A DNA stretch of 63,994 nucleotides, filler included, from Sanchytrium tribonematis (taxonomy: Eukaryota), in the NCBI GenBank assembly GCA_018985235.1. It is 11 parts of 11 records of this genome, joined end to end, with 100 filler letters (N's around TTAATTAATTAA, not from the genome) between each part and the next. Parts side by side here need not be neighbours in the genome. Positions count along the whole stretch, not along the records: positions 53,448 to 59,186 come from JADGIG010000579.1; positions 59,287 to 63,994 come from JADGIG010000688.1; 9 more parts are not named here. One strand, given 5' to 3'. Numbering within the stretch: position 1 is the stretch's first letter; every line of letters begins with the position of its first letter. Below are positions 56,181 to 63,994 of the stretch, piece after piece. The notes below the pieces were generated by a model. That model did not search any database. It saw nothing but the letters and a program-made list of their open reading frames with translations, and was not told the origin of the DNA. A program made the translations under genes and the position numbers.

Positions 56181-56723
56181 ATGCCCAAAAAAAAGGTCGA
56201 CCACAAGCCAACAGATGCTCTTCTTTGGACTAAGGCATTAAGAATCTTTGTAGTAAACAATGATGAACTGCTTTCAGTATTTGATGCCGAGGCTCTTCTA
56301 TCCAAACTAGAATATCTTGAATTATTTCTCATTAATTGCGGTCCAATCGATCAGATTCACGAACTGACAAATTTAAAAAAACGAACGATATTAAGTGGAG
56401 TTTTGTCGATATTATTGTTGGTGATTGTTAAACTTGTTCGCAATAATCCATCCTTTTTAATAAGTTTGTATGGATTTCAAGCCGCAAGTAAATTGACCGC
56501 CTTGGAGTATGATCCTAAAGAAAACAATGGATTGCTGCTAATTTATTGGATCTTATTTGCATCATTGGAGCTAATGCCACTTTCCTCAAATTTGCTCTCT
56601 TTTAGGAATATTATCAAATCTATATCGTACAATGTATTCAGAGATAATTTCAAGAGAAAGCTGGTATGGAAATGGCTGCACAAGTCTAGAATTGAGGCAA
56701 CAATGGACCACAATGTTCAATAA
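56181..56723 (+). CDS. Membrane protein with a Yop1/REEP (TB2/DP1)-like segment
   Basis: LISLYGFQAASKLTALE...LLIYWILFASLEL. Confidence 0.45.
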   Translation: MPKKKVDHKPTDALLWTKALRIFVVNNDELLSVFDAEALLSKLEYLELFLINCGPIDQIHELTNLKKRTILSGVLSILLLVIVKLVRNNPSFLISLYGFQAASKLTALEYDPKENNGLLLIYWILFASLELMPLSSNLLSFRNIIKSISYNVFRDNFKRKLVWKWLHKSRIEATMDHNVQ

Positions 56724-56724
56724 T

Positions 56725-57438
56725 CTAATAAATAGAATCTGCAATAAGATCCGCCATTTCTCCTACAGTAGCACCGCTTTTGACATCCAAAGGAAAAAAA
56801 TTTGGTCGATGTTTGTATATAACACCTCCCGATGTAGACACGACTTTGATATAAGGAGGATTGGTCACTCTTTGCAATTCTCTCTTCGTAAATAATAAGC
56901 AATTCGACCAATCAGAATTGCTTAAATGGGAAACTTTGCTCTCAGACACAATGAAATGGAATGACCGATCTCCACTTTGAAAAGGCATAGTAGCTACTCT
57001 TTTCAATATAGTGTCTTTGACCTTATATAGCAAATCATCACTATAGCCAAAATAACAATCGATACAGTGCTGTGATATTCCCAGTAGCTTACCATCGGTG
57101 CAAAATGCTGTGAACTCCTCTTGAGGTTGAAATTCAACAAATTTTTGCAAGGTAATCGTAAAATTTTGATCATCTAATTGATTTTGTAATTTGGTGGAGG
57201 ATTGCAAAAGATCCCAGACTTCGCTCACCTTTGTACACTGCATGTTATAAACAAGAAAGGGGCAATCAGATGGCACAATTCCATTGATTCGCGGCACCAC
57301 AGCCTTTAATATCGTAATTGCACTTTCAATGTCTCGAAACAATTTGGTATTTTCGTCAAGCTCTGTAATTATTTGTCCAACATGGCGCAATTGCTCTTTT
57401 GTGCAAAAAACTGATATTTCGGGGATATCTGGTTTCAT
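56725..57438 (-). CDS. CDC123: Cdc123 (D123) ATP-grasp eIF2 assembly factor, divergent
   Basis: VVPRINGIVPSDC, MQCTKVSEVWDLLQSS, EEFTAFCTDGKLLGISQ, LLFTKREL. Confidence 0.7.
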   Translation of the reverse strand: MKPDIPEISVFCTKEQLRHVGQIITELDENTKLFRDIESAITILKAVVPRINGIVPSDCPFLVYNMQCTKVSEVWDLLQSSTKLQNQLDDQNFTITLQKFVEFQPQEEFTAFCTDGKLLGISQHCIDCYFGYSDDLLYKVKDTILKRVATMPFQSGDRSFHFIVSESKVSHLSNSDWSNCLLFTKRELQRVTNPPYIKVVSTSGGVIYKHRPNFFPLDVKSGATVGEMADLIADSIY

Positions 57439-57917
57439 AGCTCCATCCTCTTTATTTCTTCGCACAATGATATTAAACAAGGATGACTGTGTAAATCTGC
57501 CCCAAATTAGAAGTGACAATTTATTTTAAGATTACATTAGTATCTTGTCTCTAAAACTAGCATCTAATTGTGAATCCAACAACTCAGCCAAACACTTTCT
57601 TTCTTCCTCTTGGACTTTAACTAATAAATTCTTGAGTAACGAATTACGATGAATATCATCTTTGCAACGGCTTATTTTTCCAAATGTCAGCATTTGAATA
57701 TAGCAGATCTGCATTTTACCATTCAGTTTATTAGTGTCCATCTCAAAGTGAAGATGAAATTAAAACGAGTTTTGAGTTGAAGCCCCTTTGTCGGCTTTTT
57801 GTATAGATCTCTGTCGTACAATTGCGCACTAAAAGCAAATGTGATCAAGAATTAGACGATGTGCTTGTTTGTACATTTCTGCATAGTTGGTTTGAAATTC
57901 ATACGGAGATTTCACAA

Positions 57918-59186
57918 ATGTCATATTCTGTGTCACACTTGGGACTTGATGAAGGATGGATTGTTCAGAAATATGGAGGTACTTCCGTGGGATCTTCAGA
58001 CAGAATACAGACAATAGCAGGGATAGTTAAAAAGCAATTGGACAGTAGTCAAGTCGCAATTGTTTGTTCAGCCATGTCGCCAGTTGACAAGAAGAAAGGA
58101 ACGACATCACTCTTACTCAAAGCATTGAATTTATTGGTTGAGCAAGGTGACTATAAGTCTTGTATCGAAGAGATAAGGAATTATCACATTGCTGAGGCCA
58201 AGAAAGGTTTGAAAGAAGATTTATTACAAGAAGGCCTAGAAAACCTAATTCAGAGACCTTCAAAACACGTGAAAGGCTCCACGATTAATCAACAATTTTA
58301 TGATAACGTAATGAAGCAAATGGCTAAGGTAGTCTTGACAAAATGTAATGAAAAGGGATTTCCTGGTGTCAAAATTGTGCCTGTGGTAACTGGATATTTC
58401 GGATTTGTACCTGGATCGCTTTTAAATGCAATTGGGCGTGGTTATAGTGATCTTTGCGCTGCCCTTCTTTCTGCCGGGTTGCTAGCTGAAGAGCTTCAAA
58501 TCTGGAAAGAAGTCGATGGCATTTTTACTGCAGATCCTAGAAAAGTAAAATCTGCTATTCTTGTTCCTGAAATCAGTCCTGACGAGGCAGCAGAATTAAC
58601 CTATTATGGCTCCGAAGTTATTCACCCTTTCACAATGGACCAAGCCATTCGAAATGCTATACCCATTAGAATTAAAAATACTTTTAATCCTAATGGAATT
58701 GGAACTGTGATTGTACCTGAAGGATCGCCCAAGTCACCTGTCAACCATTCAAGAAAAGGTCCAACCGCTGTCACCATCAAGGATAATATTATCATGGTCA
58801 ATATACAATCAAATCAAAAGAGTAGCGCTCACGGATTTCTCAGTCGCATATTTCACGTATTAGATTCGCATCAAATTACTGTTGACTTGATTTCGACTTC
58901 TCAAGTTCACGTTACTTTAGCCATTCCAGAAGATTCGCAAATGAACCTTCATGGCCTCATTGACGAGCTAGAAGTGCTTGGACGGGTTTCTGTCAGCCAT
59001 AAACAATGTATATTATCAATTGTCGGAAAACAAATGAGAAGATCTCTTGGAGTTGCCGGGCTTATGTTTACAAGATTGGCTGAGGCTGGAGCAAATATTG
59101 AAATGATATCTCAAGGAGCTTCAGAAATAAACATTTCATGCGTAGTACATGAGGCGGACTCATTCAAGGCACTTGAAGCTGCCCAT
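57918..59186 (+). CDS. HOM3: Aspartokinase with ACT domains (3' cut by contig end; internal segment missing)
   Basis: VQKYGGTSVG, GRGYSDL, WKEVDGIFTADPRKV, ELTYYGSEVIHP, NIEMISQGASEINIS. Confidence 0.93.
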
Positions 59187-59286
59187 NNNNNNNNNNNNNN
59201 NNNNNNNNNNNNNNNNNNNNNNNNNNNNNNTTAATTAATTAANNNNNNNNNNNNNNNNNNNNNNNNNNNNNNNNNNNNNNNNNNNN

Positions 59287-60403
59287 CACATAAGTTCTCG
59301 TAAATGCTTTGGGAAGAAAGACATTTAAGGCACTTTGATAATATTTTAGAAATTTTGGAAGAATTTCTTATGGTCAAACCGTGAATCAACCCGCCACAAT
59401 AATCAATGTAGTCCAAAACTAACCAAAAATCATCTGAATCAATGGAAAGATCGATAGCTTTAGAAAACTGATATCTGCGTAAAGCTTTGTGAACAATTGT
59501 AGAATTTTGATTAATTGCAATACAATCTCGACTGAATCGAGCCTTGAATTGAATACTATTTTCAGCTTGTAAATGTTTAATATTTAATCGATTAGGATAT
59601 TTTCTAACCATACCATTAACGAGTCCTACTGTCACGCATTTGCTTTCAGTAACAATGTCCAAAATTGGAGACACAGTCTTAAATGACGACTGTAATTTAA
59701 GATCCTTGTCAAAGCATTTTATAGATTGATCAAGAGAAGATGCTACAATACACTCATCCTGCAATCGCAATTGAGTAATCGACTTCGTATTTTTTGACAC
59801 ACAATATTTCTGTATAACTTTTTTATCTTGAAGAAACCGCACATCCCACAACTTTAAACAATAAGAATTGCAAGTATACATATTAAAATCGTCTATTATA
59901 CACTGATTCCAATCGGTACCACATTGAGTCTCAAATATTAAGTTTTTGTTTAAATCCAAAATTGATAACCTAGAAGCACCAGAGACTGTCAGCCATTGTC
60001 CTTGCCGCGAAATCTTGTTAATAGATTCATTCTCAAATTTGACCTGCCATTTAGTCTCCCCAAACAAATTGGAATAATCAATGGTGGATTGCCTTGCCAC
60101 AAATAAATCCTGCTTAGAAATTGAAAGACCACAAATTTTGTTGTGGAAATTAAATGATTTAATTCTTTTGTTTGAGTTGTATAAAAATACACCACCATCA
60201 GAGGTTCCCATAGTAGTGATAGAATTGGAGCCGTTTTCATAAAAATCATGAACAATACTTTGAACGCTTATTTTTTTTAAATTTGCCAATGAGAACGAAG
60301 AAAGCAAATTGAATGATGCTCCATTACTGACTAACAGTTGATCGTCATGTTTGGAGATACAGGTCACGGAATTTGGTGTTTGAATTGTGCAGATCTTCGG
60401 CAT
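59287..60403 (-). CDS. UTP15: WD40 SSU processome protein Utp15 (3' partial)
   Basis: WD repeats (LKLWDVR, ASSLDQSIKCFD) followed by the Utp15 C-domain ALRRYQFSKAID. Confidence 0.7.
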
Positions 60404-60444
60404 GGAGGTTTAAAGGAGTTTTCTTTTTTATCAAGATAAGAATT

Positions 60445-61584
60445 TTATTCGGTAAAATTGCGAAAGCAATCAGCTATTTGCTTAAAAATCGGCAAATCAA
60501 TGGGGTCTAACGGAAACCATTGCCATAACATTTCCACTGTCTGCCTTTCATTGTCTTCTATTGATCTTCTTTGCTTTTTCAAAGAAACTCTGGCGAACCA
60601 TAGCTGCTCTTGCTCCACAATTTTACAAAACTGATCTACGATTATAGGTGCAGTCATAGATAAAGCGCCGTGCTTCATTTGACTAATTAAACGAATTGTC
60701 AACGATACTGGTAGCTTGGAATATTGAAAACAGTAGAGATACATGGCGGACTGTATAGTGGCGTACCAAATCAAATCTTTATCTTTAGTTTCTAGAAAAG
60801 AAATCATTAATATGTAGGCTCTCTCAAGAAACGAAAAATCTAGACTGGAACGAATTAAAAAGCCACAAAGATACCAAATTGATCTGGTACGAATCAACAC
60901 ATTATTTCCATTTAGCCATTCTTGTCCCAAAACAGCCAAAAATTCATCTCTGTGAACTGAATTGCTTACGTACCATAAATAAATCATATTAAGTGCGTGG
61001 CTTTGAGTCGGTAATACACAGGATCTATACAATTCAATCCATTGACCCGAATCGTTTTTCTTCATTTCTTCGATTAATATAACTAACATATAATTCAATT
61101 TGTTCGAAACACTCTCATTCTCAAAACAAACCATTTTTTCGACGTCGTTATTTTCATCCAGTTGCCAAATATGATCAAGTTCCACAGCAAATCTTAGGAG
61201 CTCCTCTGATATATAAAGATTTAAAGATTCCAAACATACAAGCTGTCCAACATAACACTTGATTTCTTCAAGTGACATGGAATAATACAACCCAACTTTA
61301 AAAAATTGCACAGATAAAGGGCAAAATCGTAAGAGTTTTGATACAATTGACACACAGCAAGCCTTCTTCATAATTTTGTTATAATGTTGCATTACTTGTT
61401 TAACGAATATACAATTATGGATACACAACTCTAATATAAAATCCTCGCACTCATTTAAAGGGTAGTTAGACAAAATGAAATCGACGCACCCATAATAACT
61501 TTGATCCAGCCGGTTAATCATCACAAAAAGTGAATCTAAGGGATGCTGTTGTTGAAGCAGACTCAATAATTGATTGGGTCTCAT
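60445..61584 (-). CDS. RRN3: RNA polymerase I initiation factor Rrn3
   Basis: VLPTQS, YLCGFLIRS, YATIQSAMYLYCF, WFPLDPIDLP. Confidence 0.8.
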   Translation of the reverse strand: MRPNQLLSLLQQQHPLDSLFVMINRLDQSYYGCVDFILSNYPLNECEDFILELCIHNCIFVKQVMQHYNKIMKKACCVSIVSKLLRFCPLSVQFFKVGLYYSMSLEEIKCYVGQLVCLESLNLYISEELLRFAVELDHIWQLDENNDVEKMVCFENESVSNKLNYMLVILIEEMKKNDSGQWIELYRSCVLPTQSHALNMIYLWYVSNSVHRDEFLAVLGQEWLNGNNVLIRTRSIWYLCGFLIRSSLDFSFLERAYILMISFLETKDKDLIWYATIQSAMYLYCFQYSKLPVSLTIRLISQMKHGALSMTAPIIVDQFCKIVEQEQLWFARVSLKKQRRSIEDNERQTVEMLWQWFPLDPIDLPIFKQIADCFRNFTE

Positions 61585-61746
61585 TAGGGGTAATCTCACA
61601 AAAAGAATTTTTTAAATTTGCAAAAATTTGATGTTTCCTCAACAGTAATCGTCGCTTTCAGATTCGAAATAAATCCGCTCAAATTTAAGCTTCTTTAAAC
61701 TTCTCATTCTTGAAAGGGGAAAAAGCAACACTTTTTTCTACTTCAA

Positions 61747-62082
61747 ATGTGGTCAAGATTCAAACAATTTGGAAAACCAGCAGCAGCTCTATATAGCATT
61801 TATTCGACAGTAGATCTTGGAATTATGTTTATTGTTATCAACAACAGCTCCTTCTCTATTAAATTGCAGGATAAATTGAAGTATTATGGATATGATGTAA
61901 AACATTCCAGCGCTTTTGTTACTGATTTTTTCGTCGCATACTCGCTTCACAAAATTCTGCTTCCATTCCGTATGGGTCTAACACTTAGTACTATTCGACC
62001 ATTCATACGTCTATGTAACAAAAATGGTTATTTTCTAGATTCTAAACATCTGCTAAAATCAAAACTCAAAAAGCCAAATTAG
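61747..62082 (+). CDS. FAM210/DUF1279-family protein
   Basis: KQFGKPAAALY...FFVAYSLHKILLPFRMGLT. Confidence 0.75.
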   Translation: MWSRFKQFGKPAAALYSIYSTVDLGIMFIVINNSSFSIKLQDKLKYYGYDVKHSSAFVTDFFVAYSLHKILLPFRMGLTLSTIRPFIRLCNKNGYFLDSKHLLKSKLKKPN

Positions 62083-62099
62083 TAAAAATGTGCACTGAA

Positions 62100-62912
62100 C
62101 TACGGTTTATTTGCAGACTCTGACTTCTTCTTTCCTCCAACGATTTTTTTAATGACTGTATTATACCAAAGATGAAGCATAAATACAATTCTTAAGGCGA
62201 GGCCAGATATAGAGTCCATTAATGGAAATACGCTTACAAGAAAAACATTTGAGATTCCAATCACTATAAGCAGGAAAGAACCAATAGCTAGTACACTAAT
62301 AACTTTCATGGTCTCTCTTTTCTTGAAATTTGCGGTTTCATTTCCGGCACTTCCTTGATATTTAGAAGCTTGGCTATTGAATTTTAAAATTAGAATCACG
62401 GAAGTTATGGAAATTCCAATGGAATTTACCAAATACAAAAAGTAAAATCCGACATGAAGTAGTAATCCCAATAAGCTAACACCAACTCCAAAAAGTAAAA
62501 AGTTAGACACTAATGCCAGTGCAACATAAATAAGAACAATGAATGAATATAATGATTTCTCGACCCAGTTTGGAATATTTGCGACTTGTTTAAAGACTCG
62601 CAAACGATAAGCTAGCAAAATGTTGTTGATAAAGGTCGAGGTATCTTGGCATAGAATACCGACTGACCAAACTAATGAAGTAGAAGCAATTAACCAATTC
62701 ATCGCATACAACGGCATAGAAATTATCAATAGTAAATCACCAAAACTCGAGAACATAAATTGGAGCACTGCAAATGCATTAAACTTATTATAGTTGGAAG
62801 TTTTCCAGGTCAAAGTAGAATATGTTAAAGAACTAACACTTACAATCCAGTTTAAAATTAAAATTGCCAAAAATATAGGACCCTCCTCGATTACCTGGCT
62901 AGCCTCGGACAT
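62100..62912 (-). CDS. Orphan 7TM-like membrane protein
   Basis: About 7 hydrophobic helices and a basic tail. Confidence 0.6.
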   Translation of the reverse strand: MSEASQVIEEGPIFLAILILNWIVSVSSLTYSTLTWKTSNYNKFNAFAVLQFMFSSFGDLLLIISMPLYAMNWLIASTSLVWSVGILCQDTSTFINNILLAYRLRVFKQVANIPNWVEKSLYSFIVLIYVALALVSNFLLFGVGVSLLGLLLHVGFYFLYLVNSIGISITSVILILKFNSQASKYQGSAGNETANFKKRETMKVISVLAIGSFLLIVIGISNVFLVSVFPLMDSISGLALRIVFMLHLWYNTVIKKIVGGKKKSESANKP

Positions 62913-62985
62913 TGGCTTTCATTTTCAGAACTCACAGTTTCTTTTACATGGCGAAATCGCTGAACAAAGAAATTTGTTTCAATAG

Positions 62986-63994
62986 ATGGGATCAAACAAT
63001 TTTCTAATGACCCTGACTTTTAATGCAATGAGTGATTCTGACTCTGAACTGGATAACGATAATACTAAAAATGTAGATTTGCACGTCTTACATGATAAGC
63101 GTAGTGATCTGGATACAGTTTCTCAATTCTCGAGTTTAAAAATTGCAAAACCTTTGTTAAAGAAAATTTTAGACGTATATTCTAAAGATCTTACAGAAAC
63201 TCAAGTAAAAGTAATTCCCTCCATATTGGGCAACTTCGAAAGAGATGTTATTGTTAGGGCAAAGACAGGAACCGGAAAATCTTTATCGTTTTTAATGCCT
63301 ATTGTTCAAAAGTATGCTTTTGAAAATATACTGGACGTAGAAAATGTCAGAAAAGATATGGGTCTCAAATCATGCATTTTGGTACCTACAAGGGAACTTG
63401 GTATTCAAATTTACGAAGAACTGGTTACTCTACTAAACATTCCGGCAAATTCTTTGCTTGAACATTCTTGCAAAATGAACAGAATGGTCGTTGGTCTTTT
63501 AATTGGAGGGGATCGAAAAAAATCTGAAAAAGCAAGAATACGAAAAGGATTGAACATTATAGTTGCAACTCCTGGCCGGTTACTTGACCATCTAAAGACT
63601 ACCAATAACCTCGACTTGAGCAAATTAGAGTGTCTCGTGTGTGATGAAGCCGATAGACTAATGGAACTTGGATTTGAAAAAACTATTTATAACATATTTG
63701 ACCTCATTATGGAGCATAAATCAAAATCTGCTGTTGACTCTAACTGGAGAACTTGGTTATTTTCAGCAACGATGCCTGAGATGGTAGAACGACTGGTGAA
63801 TATCAATTTTGCAAATCCTATAAGAATCACCTGCTCTGGCGAATATGAAGCACCTGCCCAACTGAGTCAGGCATATTGCATTTGTCCTGCAAGCCTAAGG
63901 TTTATTCTTCTGTTGTCAATATCTGAAAATATTTTGTCTGAGAAGCCTAGAATTGGTTGGATGTCGGAATTATCCGGTGCATCTGATGGGTCCG
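62986..63994 (+). CDS. DBP7: DEAD-box RNA helicase Dbp7/DDX31 (3' partial; missed by the ORF track)
   Basis: AKTGTGKS, PTREL, GGDRKKSEKARIRKG, TPGRLLDHL, DEADRL, SAT. Confidence 0.9.
   Translation, partial: MGSNNFLMTLTFNAMSDSDSELDNDNTKNVDLHVLHDKRSDLDTVSQFSSLKIAKPLLKKILDVYSKDLTETQVKVIPSILGNFERDVIVRAKTGTGKSLSFLMPIVQKYAFENILDVENVRKDMGLKSCILVPTRELGIQIYEELVTLLNIPANSLLEHSCKMNRMVVGLLIGGDRKKSEKARIRKGLNIIVATPGRLLDHLKTTNNLDLSKLECLVCDEADRLMELGFEKTIYNIFDLIMEHKSKSAVDSNWRTWLFSATMPEMVERLVNINFANPIRITCSGEYEAPAQLSQAYCICPASLRFILLLSISENILSEKPRIGWMSELSGASDGS

Overview
This is eukaryotic nuclear DNA, not one locus. Eleven ~5.7-5.9 kb contigs, sorted by decreasing length, are joined by 100-bp artificial spacers (44 N + TTAATTAATTAA + 44 N). 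The genome is AT-rich and very compact, with intergenic gaps often under 50 bp, and encodes fast-evolving fungal-type proteins: Cys2, Rpn3, Taz1, Hut1, CK2-beta, Cdc73, epsin, Rec8, Apn2, Vps28, Cdc23, an Atg18-family protein, WC-1, metacaspase, Tps2, Pol alpha, RPA1, Lsm5, Trm8, Cdc123, Hom3, Utp15, Rrn3 and Dbp7. It also has orphan 7TM and secreted proteins and a probable degenerate CFAP70. I infer an early-diverging zoosporic fungus, possibly sanchytrid-like. The main discovery is that all 11 well-supported introns, spread over 7 contigs, are exactly 19 nt long. They share the consensus GTA-N8-T-N-A-N-N-(T)AG, with an invariant putative branch A 6 nt from the 3' end, reminiscent of heterotrich ciliate tiny introns. 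Other highlights are a gene-sparse contig carrying a 2OG-Fe(II) oxygenase-Zn finger gene and a GCM/WRKY-like-SET fusion, a MITE with palindromic AAGTC-repeat arms, a PIF1/LRR-tail chimera, a head-to-head 7TM-RGS/7TM pair, and in-frame loss of conserved motifs in aspartokinase, the RGS box and the Pol alpha CTD. All family assignments are by-eye motif recognition; no searches were run.
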